From positions 1-62,388 of IMG/VR virus record IMGVR_UViG_3300027985_000703: a stretch of 62,388 nt of DNA; one strand, written 5' to 3'. Made by a program: the position numbers and the translations under genes. The stretch comes from a virus (Duplodnaviria > Caudoviricetes). The notes below the pieces were generated by a model. It did not search any database. It saw only the letters and a program-made list of their open reading frames with translations, and had not been told where the DNA came from. Below are positions 9,005 through 17,465 of this stretch, in pieces; the stretch's first letter is position 1, and each line of letters opens with the position of its first letter.

Positions 9005-10390
9005 ATGAACACTAACACTCAAACCAAAGTAGAGCAACTGGCCAGCAACCTGCGCGCCCTGAGCGCAGAGCGCACCATCACCCAAACCCCGACCTTCTCC
9101 GAGGTCGTGGTGCCGGAAATCAATCTGGGCTTGTTTGCCCGGACCAACGTCGCGGCCATGGCCAAGGAGGTCAGCCACGCCATGCTCGCCATGCGCGGGG
9201 CGTCCGACCGTTGGAACCGGGACATCAGCGTCCTGCCGGCGCTGCTGGAAGAATCCAGAGAGTGGTGGGTGGAGCACACCCGCGAGCGCGTGGCGGCCTG
9301 CGCCCAGGAAGCCGCAAAGGCCCTGGACCACAAAGGCATGCTGCGGGTGTGGGCCCGGATGCTGGACCAGTTGGCCCTCGAGTACAACACGTTCTGCAAG
9401 AAGCAGGGCATGGTGCTTGAGGGGCTGCGTCATCCCAAGGGTTGGCACACCTGGGACCGTGAGAACGGCCAGGGGGTGGAGTTGGAGCTGAACAGCTTCA
9501 TCGTTCTCACCCTCAAGACGCCCACCAGCTGGACGCGCAAGGCGTTCACCAAGGCGGAGTTGGTCGACTTCATGGTCGGCCGGGGTGAATACGACACCGC
9601 TACCCGGTTCAACCGCGAGGACAACAAGTCCTTGGCGGACCGCTACCCGGTGCGGCTGCACATGGCCGGCCTGCGCGACTTCTTCCTCGATACAGAGGAA
9701 GGCAAGGCCGCGTGGCTGAGCGTGTACAACTCCCCGTTCACAAAGCAACGTCGCAAGGCGTTGATGGAGCAGGATTGGGTGCTGACCAATCCGCCCCGCC
9801 GTTTGTGTGGTGTCGATTCAGACGCCAAGAACGCCTGGGACAAGGCAGCGGAGGCTTTCCCCGAGGGCAAGCGCGGTGCGCCACGCAATGGCGAACTGCA
9901 CCACCTGCTGGGGGCGCTCAACCGCCAGTTCGACTTCGGTGCGGCGCTGCGTGAGCGTTCACTGAACCGGGAGCTGGAGCAGATGATGGCTGCCCAGCGC
10001 GCACTGCACACCGGCATGGCCGATGGCGAGCACGATTGGGAGCTGGGCCGGGATGATTTCCTGGGCACCCAGCACCCGGGCGCCATTGAGCTGCGCACCA
10101 AGTATGAGGACCAGGAGCTGTTCCACGCGCTGGTGCAGGAAGTGCTTCGCAAGGCCAACCTGGCCTTCGAGCCGGTGCATGGCGAGTTGGCGTTCCAATG
10201 GATCGTCAACGAGGCAGAGGGCACCTACACCAAGGTCACGGACAAGAACAAGGCTCGCGCCTTGAGCTACGCCGTGTGGCAGGCCAAGAACGACGCTCGC
10301 AAGGCGGCGGAATGGGAGGAACACCAGACGCTCACCCTGGACAACATCCGGGAGGCAATGGAACGTAACTACATCGACCTGCCGGAATAA
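9005..10390 (+). CDS. hypothetical early protein (461 aa)
   Basis: TAGGAG RBS before ATG 9005; typical codon bias; no recognised motif. Confidence 0.85.
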   Translation: MNTNTQTKVEQLASNLRALSAERTITQTPTFSEVVVPEINLGLFARTNVAAMAKEVSHAMLAMRGASDRWNRDISVLPALLEESREWWVEHTRERVAACAQEAAKALDHKGMLRVWARMLDQLALEYNTFCKKQGMVLEGLRHPKGWHTWDRENGQGVELELNSFIVLTLKTPTSWTRKAFTKAELVDFMVGRGEYDTATRFNREDNKSLADRYPVRLHMAGLRDFFLDTEEGKAAWLSVYNSPFTKQRRKALMEQDWVLTNPPRRLCGVDSDAKNAWDKAAEAFPEGKRGAPRNGELHHLLGALNRQFDFGAALRERSLNRELEQMMAAQRALHTGMADGEHDWELGRDDFLGTQHPGAIELRTKYEDQELFHALVQEVLRKANLAFEPVHGELAFQWIVNEAEGTYTKVTDKNKARALSYAVWQAKNDARKAAEWEEHQTLTLDNIREAMERNYIDLPE

Positions 10391-10392
10391 GC

Positions 10393-10440
10393 AGGGCCAT
10401 ACTCAGGGTCGCCTTCGGGCGGCCCTCATGGATGGCCTTC
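10393..10440 (+). promoter_or_regulatory. extended hairpin with C(UUCG)G loop (terminator or RNA processing site)
   Basis: AGGGTCGCC-TTCG-GGCGGCCCT inside an outer GGCCAT/ATGGCC stem; no U-tract. Confidence 0.55.
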
Positions 10441-10465
10441 ATCCACCAACCAAGGAGTAAACAAC

Positions 10466-10879
10466 ATGAGTGATTTCGACGCCCTGCTCGATGACAGCAT
10501 CGAGAACGAGGCCTTCGGGGAGGAAACCAACCCGCTGGCGGAGCTGCTGCAACAGCCTGTAGTGGCTAAGGCCAAGCGCCGGATCGTGGCATTCAGCCGC
10601 GAGTATTTTGCCTGGCTGAAAGAGATGGCCAAGCCCCGCAAGGCCGTCGCAGTGCTAAAGGCCGTGCTCACTGAGCGCGAGGCCAAGGAGCAATGCCCGT
10701 GCTGTGGTGGCACCGGCGAGTATGTGGGTGCGGCTTACACCACCCGTTGCGCCCGTTGCAAGGGCAAGGGCTACCTGTTCCCGGCCGACATCATGGCCCA
10801 TCGCAAGTGGGAGGACGCCCGCGCTGCCGGCTTACCGCGTGTCCGGGATGACTTTGGCGCGGCCTTCAACTTCGCCTAA
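10466..10879 (+). CDS. protein with DnaJ-type zinc finger
   Basis: CPCCGGTG...CARCKGKG; AAGGAG RBS. Confidence 0.8.
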   Translation: MSDFDALLDDSIENEAFGEETNPLAELLQQPVVAKAKRRIVAFSREYFAWLKEMAKPRKAVAVLKAVLTEREAKEQCPCCGGTGEYVGAAYTTRCARCKGKGYLFPADIMAHRKWEDARAAGLPRVRDDFGAAFNFA

Positions 10880-10941
10880 CCGAAGGCCAATCACCCTCCT
10901 ATCAACCTCTCGCCGCTGTAACGCCTTCTGAGTTCTTTTTA

Positions 10942-10952
10942 CAGTGAGACTG
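10942..10952. promoter_or_regulatory. operator-like palindrome
   Basis: CAGTGAGACTG, intergenic. Confidence 0.65.
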
Positions 10953-11090
10953 CACACGCATTCGACAGCAACCATGCGGTATTCTTCTACCTGACCCACA
11001 CGGGATGGCCCACCAGTCTGTGTTCCCGTTAGCACTGAAGAGCACCCGCTTCGGGGTGTGCGAGTGCGGCCGACCCGCGGTGGTACGCAG

Positions 11091-11245
11091 CGGTGCGGTG
11101 CGGTGCGGTGCGGTGCGTGGATGATGGTTGGTGGATGGGGGTTGGTGGATGATGGATGGAGGGAGCTGGAAGGGGTTGGGGGATGGGCGGTGGATGGAGG
11201 TCGATGGATGTTGGTCGTTGGTCGTTGGATGGAGGGTGGTGGTTG
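11091..11245 (+). repeat. (CGGTG)5 followed by G-rich, C-poor TGGA/TGGT low-complexity tract
   Basis: Directly visible. Confidence 0.9.
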
Positions 11246-11368
11246 ATGAATGAGGTGTATGGGTTAGTGGCTCGGGCGCGAGTGGCCTGGGTCGAGGGGC
11301 ACCGGGCGCTGGCTGAGCAGTACTGGACCCGTGCCAAGCAACGGTTGGTAGCTATTCAAGGATGGTGA
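11246..11368 (+). CDS. hypothetical protein (40 aa)
   Basis: GGAGG upstream of ATG 11246. Confidence 0.5.
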   Translation: MNEVYGLVARARVAWVEGHRALAEQYWTRAKQRLVAIQGW

Positions 11369-11371
11369 GCC

Positions 11372-11626
11372 ATGAACAACTGGCAAATATTGTTAGACGA
11401 GCTGGCGATGGACCAGCTATTTGACCTGCGCCAACAGACCGGGGACGCGGAGTCCTACGGCTTGGCCGTAGCCTGCGTACAGCGGGGCTATGTCGGGGTG
11501 CCCGCGCACCGGGCTCTCGAAATGCTGGCGGACAACCGCTGGCTCAAGATTATTGAGTCCTGGTCGTGTGACCGGGGCTCAATGGCGCCGAACCGGGGTG
11601 ATGCCCGGCGAGGCACATGGCTGTGA
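11372..11626 (+). CDS. hypothetical protein (84 aa)
   Basis: ATG 3 nt after previous stop; plausible composition. Confidence 0.6.
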   Translation: MNNWQILLDELAMDQLFDLRQQTGDAESYGLAVACVQRGYVGVPAHRALEMLADNRWLKIIESWSCDRGSMAPNRGDARRGTWL

Positions 11627-11922
11627 TGGCCAATGGAGCGCAGGAAGGGAACGGGGAACAGTGGTAAGTGAGGGAGGGCCTATGGTCGAGCCGCCGCCGT
11701 TATAGAACGGGCAACACCTGATGGTGCAGTCATGATGCACCCCCCGAGTCCACCATGGTGTGGAGCTGGCAGTTGTCCACCAGTCAGGGTTACTGAATAC
11801 CAACGGCAAGGGGAGCCCGTCACGGGGCCTGTAACCCGTGACCCCCGGCACATGAGAGTGCAGGCTGGTCGTGCCGAGGCGGCCATGAATCCTCGGCAGC
11901 TATTCAAGGACGGAGGTCCACC

Positions 11923-12123
11923 ATGAAAGTCAAACGCACCAGCTACAAGAACCCGTGGTGGATAGCCGTGGATACCACCGGGACCATCGTCGGTGGCGGG
12001 GTGACACCGGCCAAGGCACGCCGTTGGGGCGAAGGCCATGTGGCCACGGTCAGTGCAGCTGCGGCCAACCGTCGCTTGCTCGAGGCCGGGTTATACCCAA
12101 CCGAGTGGCAAATCCCGTTCTAG
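11923..12123 (+). CDS. hypothetical protein (66 aa)
   Basis: GGAGGT RBS. Confidence 0.7.
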   Translation: MKVKRTSYKNPWWIAVDTTGTIVGGGVTPAKARRWGEGHVATVSAAAANRRLLEAGLYPTEWQIPF

Positions 12124-12203
12124 GGCCTCGATTGAGTGGTCTTGACAAAGGTCCGTGGATAGTATCTAACGATGGTGCCACATGGAGATGGTCGAGGGTC
12201 GAG

Positions 12204-12607
12204 ATGCGGGACATGTGGGACAAAACATAGGACTCGTACCGTATCGGTCCCGCATTGTACCGCATTCCGCCCACATTCCTGAACCTGAGTCCCATTTCCA
12301 AGTGGCACCTACATGAGTCTGCTAAGTGGCTGATTTACCAAGGGTTTTGGGAGGGTAACAGCAACCGAAAATGCTCTCTGTACCGATAGTCCCAGATGTA
12401 CCGGTATTTTTTTCAGTTTGGCCTGAGTTAGCACTTTTGATTTTCGATTTTCATTTTCCAGCCGATGCCGAAAAAATGTGGGAATGTGGGACATCCGGTA
12501 CAGAGTGTCCTAAGTCCCTGTTCCATCTACCTTTTTCGACTGTACCGCATTCCTGAAAAAGCGGTACAGATGCGGTTCACGTCCCACTTGTCCCGCTTGT
12601 CCCATAT
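12204..12607. repeat. iteron-like repeat cluster, candidate replication origin
   Basis: About 15 or more degenerate TGT(C/A)CC(A/G)CA copies in both orientations around a T-rich core; imperfect inverted repeat 12376-12414/12470-12505. Confidence 0.7.
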
Positions 12608-12712
12608 CTACCGTCGCTCGGCCACCAACAAAATTTCATGCAACTTTATTCGTGGACAGGGCACAGATATTCCTGTACTACTGGACGCCGCTTTCCACAG
12701 GGGGACTAGGGT

Positions 12713-13078
12713 ATGCTCGACAAGGACCTGCGCCGGTCATGGACCGACGAAATGAACGCCACGCTGCTGGCCGAGTACGGGGTGACACCCAACGCGGAGC
12801 TGGCGGCCAAGCTCGGGAAATCGCAGAAGTCGATGCGCAACCACATCGCTCGGCTGCGTCGCATCAGCGGCATTTCGTTCCCACCCATCCCGCCGCTGGT
12901 ACCCAAACCAGAACCAGAACCGGTGCCCGTCACCCCAGCCCCGGTGCCCGTTGCCGGCGACCCGGTCCACCTGCTGGCGAAGGAGTTCGCCCGTTGGCAG
13001 GTAACGGTGGCCGAGATGCAGCAACACATCGACCGGTTGACTGATGAGCTCCGGTCTCTCAAGGAGGAAGGCAAATGA
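12713..13078 (+). CDS. HTH DNA-binding protein with Pro-rich linker and coiled coil
   Basis: WTDEMNATL...NAELAAKLGKSQKSMRNHIARL. Confidence 0.75.
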   Translation: MLDKDLRRSWTDEMNATLLAEYGVTPNAELAAKLGKSQKSMRNHIARLRRISGISFPPIPPLVPKPEPEPVPVTPAPVPVAGDPVHLLAKEFARWQVTVAEMQQHIDRLTDELRSLKEEGK

Positions 13079-13326
13079 TACTGATGCACAGCGCGTTCAA
13101 CGCCGCCGGCCAACGGGTCGGCGTCATGTTGTCCCTCGCCGGTAGGAACGTGAACCTGGGCGGTGACTTTCTGTCCCGCCCCGGGATACGCGATTTCGTC
13201 GCCAGCCGCCCGGCCCGCTACTGGGTGACCGAATTCCGGGACGCGACCCGCAAGGTAGCCGACTGGAAAGACGTGATGCGTGGCCTGCGTCAGGCGGTCC
13301 GGTTCCAGCGGGCGATTCTGAAATGA
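13075..13326 (+). CDS. hypothetical protein
   Basis: ATGA coupling, AGGAGG RBS. Confidence 0.7.
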   Translation: MILMHSAFNAAGQRVGVMLSLAGRNVNLGGDFLSRPGIRDFVASRPARYWVTEFRDATRKVADWKDVMRGLRQAVRFQRAILK

Positions 13327-13508
13327 GCGCCCGTAAACCCTACGCCGACGACTGGCAGTCGCTCGGTGATGGTGTGGAGTACAGCCCCCACCTGAAACTG
13401 TACTGGTGCAAGGGCCGGGTATACGACGAGCTGTCGGCCATGCACAACGGCATCATCGGCCCTGGTGCCCAGCTGCGCCGGATAATCGCGGAGGACCGGC
13501 AATGTTAA
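13323..13508 (+). CDS. hypothetical protein
   Basis: ATGA coupling. Confidence 0.6.
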   Translation: MSARKPYADDWQSLGDGVEYSPHLKLYWCKGRVYDELSAMHNGIIGPGAQLRRIIAEDRQC

Positions 13509-13840
13509 TCAACCGACAGTGGTTGCAGGACCGCAAGGCCTGCGAGCCGGGAGTGGAATGGTTCCTCGAGCAGCAACGCATATTGATGGAGCCGGAGGAC
13601 GTGGAGGCGGACAAGCCGCTCGAGGACATGCTGGTGCTGCGGGCGCTGAGCATGGACCTGTACTGGGCCTCTTTCAACAACATCGACGAGGTGCGGACCA
13701 TCCGCGACTACTGGAAATGGTTCAGCTTGAACCTGGCCGTCGCCTACACCGCCGAGGTCCAGCAGCTGCAGGCCCGGGTAGCGGACCTGGAAGGTGAGGT
13801 GGCCGCCCAGCGGGCGTTCCTGGAAGATTTCGAGGGGTAG
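13502..13840 (+). CDS. WLx4ACx2Gx2WF-family paralogue 1
   Basis: MLINRQWLQDRKACEPGVEWF; GGAGG RBS. Confidence 0.85.
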   Translation: MLINRQWLQDRKACEPGVEWFLEQQRILMEPEDVEADKPLEDMLVLRALSMDLYWASFNNIDEVRTIRDYWKWFSLNLAVAYTAEVQQLQARVADLEGEVAAQRAFLEDFEG

Positions 13841-13843
13841 TGT

Positions 13844-14128
13844 ATGTGGCTTACTGAACAGTGGTTGGTAGCCAACTGGGCCTGCGACGCTGGCATTGCA
13901 TGGTTCAACGACAGCCTGCGCCGCCGGACCCGTGACGAAGACAAAGCCTCGGTGGCCATGGTCACCGTTTGGTTGCGGGTGGACATGAAGCAGGCGTACC
14001 AGGACCGCGACTTCGATAAGGCCGCGCACCTGATGGGCTACCTGGCCTGGCTGTGTCAAAGGCTGGCCGAGCAAAACAGCCGCCAATCCAAGGAGCAGGC
14101 GGACAAGGAGGTGCAAGATGCAGATTGA
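13844..14128 (+). CDS. WLx4ACx2Gx2WF-family paralogue 2
   Basis: MWLTEQWLVANWACDAGIAWF...GYLAWL. Confidence 0.85.
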   Translation: MWLTEQWLVANWACDAGIAWFNDSLRRRTRDEDKASVAMVTVWLRVDMKQAYQDRDFDKAAHLMGYLAWLCQRLAEQNSRQSKEQADKEVQDAD

Positions 14129-14426
14129 CGAACACTGGCTGCGCGTAAGGAACGCCTGCCTTGATGGACAAGGCTGGTTCCAGAAGGAGTTTGGCAAATA
14201 TATAGAGGCCACGGACCGCGGCCCCACCGTGGAGGATGTGACCTGCGCCCTGAGCGAGGCGATCACCAACGCCTTCGACCCAGAGTGGCAGAACGCGGAA
14301 GGCGCCCGGGTGCTGGGCTACCTGGAGTGGCTGGCCGACCGCCTGGCCGACGACCTGGTGAAAGCCAAGGCGGACATCGCCGCGCTGCAGGCCGAGCTGG
14401 CCCAATTCACCGAAGGGGGTGAGTGA
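14118..14426 (+). CDS. WLx4ACx2Gx2WF-family paralogue 3
   Basis: MQIDEHWLRVRNACLDGQGWF...GYLEWL; AAGGAGGT RBS. Confidence 0.85.
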   Translation: MQIDEHWLRVRNACLDGQGWFQKEFGKYIEATDRGPTVEDVTCALSEAITNAFDPEWQNAEGARVLGYLEWLADRLADDLVKAKADIAALQAELAQFTEGGE

Positions 14427-14731
14427 TGATCGCCATCGACTTGTTATGGCTGCGCCAGCGCCATGCCTGCCTGGAAGGTCAGCGGTGGTTCATCGGCGCA
14501 GACAAACAGTACAGCATCACGCCCGGCCAGCCGGTGCCGACCATGATAGTCATGGGCTGGTTAAAGAGCGACATCCGCGCAGCGGCCTTCAACGGGGAAC
14601 AGACCGCCGTAGTTAACCTGACCAGCTATGTGGACTGGCTGATGATTCACGTCCTGTGCGAGTGCAGCCGGCAGGAGAAGATCGTCCACGAGCTGGAACG
14701 CAAACTCAAAGCCATGGAGGGCCGCCCATGA
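14426..14731 (+). CDS. WLx4ACx2Gx2WF-family paralogue 4
   Basis: MIAIDLLWLRQRHACLEGQRWF...SYVDWL. Confidence 0.85.
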   Translation: MIAIDLLWLRQRHACLEGQRWFIGADKQYSITPGQPVPTMIVMGWLKSDIRAAAFNGEQTAVVNLTSYVDWLMIHVLCECSRQEKIVHELERKLKAMEGRP

Positions 14732-15072
14732 ACATCAACCTGCAATGGCTCCAGGAGCACCGAGCCTGCCCCGAGGGCCGGGCCTGGTTCATCCACACCT
14801 GCCGCGCCCATGGTCGAGACCACAACAGCGACGTGCCCTTGGAGCTGGTCACCGGCTGGCTGCGCGTCGCCATCGCCAAAGCGTCCCGGGCCCAGCGGCC
14901 GATAAGCGTGTGGGGACTGGCCGGCTACCTGGAATGGCTGTGCGATACCCTGGCTCAGGAAGCGAAAGCCAACAAGCAACTGCGCTGGCCCGAGGGGCTG
15001 ATCACCGCGGACTTTGCCGAACTGGAAGCCCGTGTCACTACCATGCCAAAAGGAGAGACCCCATGCGAATAA
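14728..15072 (+). CDS. WLx4ACx2Gx2WF-family paralogue 5
   Basis: MNINLQWLQEHRACPEGRAWF...GYLEWL; GGAGG RBS. Confidence 0.85.
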   Translation: MNINLQWLQEHRACPEGRAWFIHTCRAHGRDHNSDVPLELVTGWLRVAIAKASRAQRPISVWGLAGYLEWLCDTLAQEAKANKQLRWPEGLITADFAELEARVTTMPKGETPCE

Positions 15073-15383
15073 CGATGAAATGGCTCGAGCGTAACAGCGC
15101 CTGCTACAACGGCAAGCACTGGTTCATAAGCAACTTCCCGCAACACGAGACCTTGCCCCCGGAACACTGCGATGTGGTGCGCAAGCTCGACGAACAAAGC
15201 GATTCGGCCCGGGCCGGAGATCATGTACCTACGGCCGTAATTTTGGACAGCTACATCCTCTGGATGGCGATCAACCTGGGCGATGAGGCCACGCGCCAGC
15301 AATACGATAACGGGGCCTTGCAGCAGCGCATCAACGACCTGCGCAACCAGCTGCAAGCCGCGGGTATGGAGCCGTGCGAATGA
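15063..15383 (+). CDS. WLx4ACx2Gx2WF-family paralogue 6
   Basis: MRITMKWLERNSACYNGKHWF...SYILWM; AAGGAG RBS. Confidence 0.85.
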   Translation: MRITMKWLERNSACYNGKHWFISNFPQHETLPPEHCDVVRKLDEQSDSARAGDHVPTAVILDSYILWMAINLGDEATRQQYDNGALQQRINDLRNQLQAAGMEPCE

Positions 15384-15532
15384 ACCTGCTGACTCAAATC
15401 ACCTGGGAGGACCTGAAAACCGCGCTGCTGCTGGTGTTCCTGGCCATGGTGTCCTGTTCCGGCGCGGTGCTGCTGCTGGGCCTGCGCATCAAACACGTCC
15501 GTGACAGGAGGGAACGTGACCGGAGTAAATGA
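15380..15532 (+). CDS. small membrane protein (50 aa, not in ORF track)
   Basis: MNLLTQITWEDLKTALLLVFLAMVSCSGAVLLLGLRIKHVRDRRERDRSK; ATGA coupling. Confidence 0.65.
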   Translation: MNLLTQITWEDLKTALLLVFLAMVSCSGAVLLLGLRIKHVRDRRERDRSK

Positions 15533-16019
15533 TTTCTGGACAGTCTCTCGCATAGAGACCATCAAGCGTGAGACCGGATACCTGCAGGATGCCGAACTGG
15601 CCAAGGCCATCGGCGTGAGCAAGGGAGCCCTGCGCACCAAACAGTACGAGCTGGGGTTGTTATTGCGCCTGCCGAAGCGACCGCTGGACGCATACCACCG
15701 CTACGAGTACAGCACCAAGGTGTTGCTGGACAAGGGCTACCTGAAACACCTGGAGCCAATGCCCTTCACCGCCGAGGGCCCCTGGTCCACCTACGACCTG
15801 CGCCGGACACAGTATTTCTACGGCCTGGTGACGGTGGAGCGCCTGGCCAAGGCCCTGGGCCGCTCGCCCGATGCCGTGCGCGCCAAGGTGCATGACATGA
15901 ACTGGGACATCGGCAAGAGCTTCGAGTACCGCCGCAACGCCCGCGGGGTGCCGAACTGGTTGCGCATCTTCAATGACATGCGTACCGCCACCATCCAACT
16001 GCAACAGGAGGTTGCATGA
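15516..16019 (+). CDS. protein with two HTH-like repeats
   Basis: DAELAKAIGVSKGALRTK and VERLAKALGRSPDAVRAK; AGGAGG RBS before GTG. Confidence 0.75.
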   Translation: MTGVNDFWTVSRIETIKRETGYLQDAELAKAIGVSKGALRTKQYELGLLLRLPKRPLDAYHRYEYSTKVLLDKGYLKHLEPMPFTAEGPWSTYDLRRTQYFYGLVTVERLAKALGRSPDAVRAKVHDMNWDIGKSFEYRRNARGVPNWLRIFNDMRTATIQLQQEVA

Positions 16020-17017
16020 AAACCGAACCGTTCGACCTGGATAAGGCGCTCAAGGGCCACCCCCTCATCACCAACGCCGGCGAGAAAGCGGTCAACTTCA
16101 GTCCACGGATCCCAGGCCGCTGCACCCTCCCGGGCTACGCCTTCGCGGCCGTCGTAAACGGAGTGTACCGAACCTACACCGACAAAGGGGTGTACCACCG
16201 ACCCAACCCGAACGGCCCCAACGACCTGCTACTGGACGTAAGCGAGGTCCACCCGTTCAAGGTCGGGGATGTTGTGCGCCCGACCAAGGGCAGCACCCCG
16301 GCCGAGTACCTGGGTAAGCAACCGCTCGTCCAGGTTGTCAGTACCGACCGCGAAACCTTCCGCGGCCGCGTGAACGGCGTTGAGCGCCTGTTCCGCTACA
16401 CAGGCTGCGCGCACCTGAACGACGGCGACTGGGAGTTGAGCACCCCGAAACCGGCCCCGATGCCGGCACCGCCGACCCACGCACCGGCACCGCCGACCCA
16501 CGCAGTGTTCGACCCGGTGCAGGCGCTGAATGGTCACCCGCTGATCCTCAGTAGCGGGGACGAGGTAATCAATTTCAAGCGCCGGCGCTGGACCCACCCG
16601 GACGACGACTTCCCGTACAAGGGAGAGTTCACGAAGGCCGACGACACCGTGGTCAAGCTGCTGTTCACCCGCCACGGGGTATCCAACACAAATGGGGCTC
16701 ACTTGCGGATGGACATGACCCGGCCGTGGGTTGCCCCGTTCGACCTGGACAAGGCGCTGGCGGGCCACCCGCTGGTGACGCGGGACGGCCGCCCAGTGTC
16801 CAATTTCCGCGAGCGCAAGACGGCACCCGCCGGGACGACGTACCCGTTCCTGGCTGATGTACCGTGCAAAGGTCACGAGCAAGACAAGGCCGAAGAAGCC
16901 TACACAGCCAAGGGCGAATACTGCGTGGACGGGGGTTTTGACGGCCGGACCAGCCGCGGCCGCGACCTGTTGCTGGACATCCGCACGCTGTACCGGAAGA
17001 AAGTTTGTAAACGCTGA
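16016..17017 (+). CDS. protein with three FDLDKALxGHPL repeats
   Basis: Three internal repeats plus an FKVGDVVR module; AGGAGGT RBS. Confidence 0.8.
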   Translation: MKTEPFDLDKALKGHPLITNAGEKAVNFSPRIPGRCTLPGYAFAAVVNGVYRTYTDKGVYHRPNPNGPNDLLLDVSEVHPFKVGDVVRPTKGSTPAEYLGKQPLVQVVSTDRETFRGRVNGVERLFRYTGCAHLNDGDWELSTPKPAPMPAPPTHAPAPPTHAVFDPVQALNGHPLILSSGDEVINFKRRRWTHPDDDFPYKGEFTKADDTVVKLLFTRHGVSNTNGAHLRMDMTRPWVAPFDLDKALAGHPLVTRDGRPVSNFRERKTAPAGTTYPFLADVPCKGHEQDKAEEAYTAKGEYCVDGGFDGRTSRGRDLLLDIRTLYRKKVCKR

Positions 17018-17035
17018 TTGTTGTTGAGTGTGAAG

Positions 17036-17073
17036 CCAGTTCCCCCGGACCGCACCCCGGCCGGGGGCTTTTT
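17036..17073 (+). terminator. intrinsic terminator
   Basis: CCCCCGG...CCGGGGG followed by CTTTTT. Confidence 0.7.
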
Positions 17074-17093
17074 ACCGCCACTAGGAGCCATGA

Positions 17094-17465
17094 ATGAACC
17101 CCATCCTACCGCACACCGCGCAAGTTGACCTGGACGACCAGGCCCGCACCAAGGAACTGTTAGCCCGTTGCGCCAAAGCCGCCAACCTGCTGTACGACCC
17201 GGAACACGGCCTGGCCTCCAAGGACGGGCTGGCCTGGGAGCCGTGGAACCCGCTGGAGGACGACGACCAGGCCCAGGCGCTCGCCATCACCTTCGGGTTG
17301 GAGATGGCGCTGTTCGCCAAGGTGCGCGCCCTGATTGGGCCGGACCAGTACATGATGCTGGAGGCGTGTGTCACCGGCCGCGACCAGCTCGAAGTAACCC
17401 GGACCCTGCTGGTCTACGGGACCATCCAACTGGCCGAAGAAAAGCGTCAAGGAGCACTGTCATGA
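17094..17465 (+). CDS. conserved phage protein (WNPLxDD motif)
   Basis: WEPWNPLEDDDQAQALA; TAGGAG RBS. Confidence 0.75.
   Translation: MNPILPHTAQVDLDDQARTKELLARCAKAANLLYDPEHGLASKDGLAWEPWNPLEDDDQAQALAITFGLEMALFAKVRALIGPDQYMMLEACVTGRDQLEVTRTLLVYGTIQLAEEKRQGALS

Noticed and set aside
11032-11068. Hammerhead-like CTGAAGAG followed by a hairpin
   Set aside because: Stem II is followed by GAGT rather than the required GAAA, and no stem III/cleavage triplet is evident
11058-11337. G/W-rich and H/P-rich ORFs over the G-rich tract
   Set aside because: Translations of low-complexity DNA without credible starts
12142-12170. TTGACA promoter upstream of the iteron region
   Set aside because: No good -10 hexamer at 16-18 bp spacing
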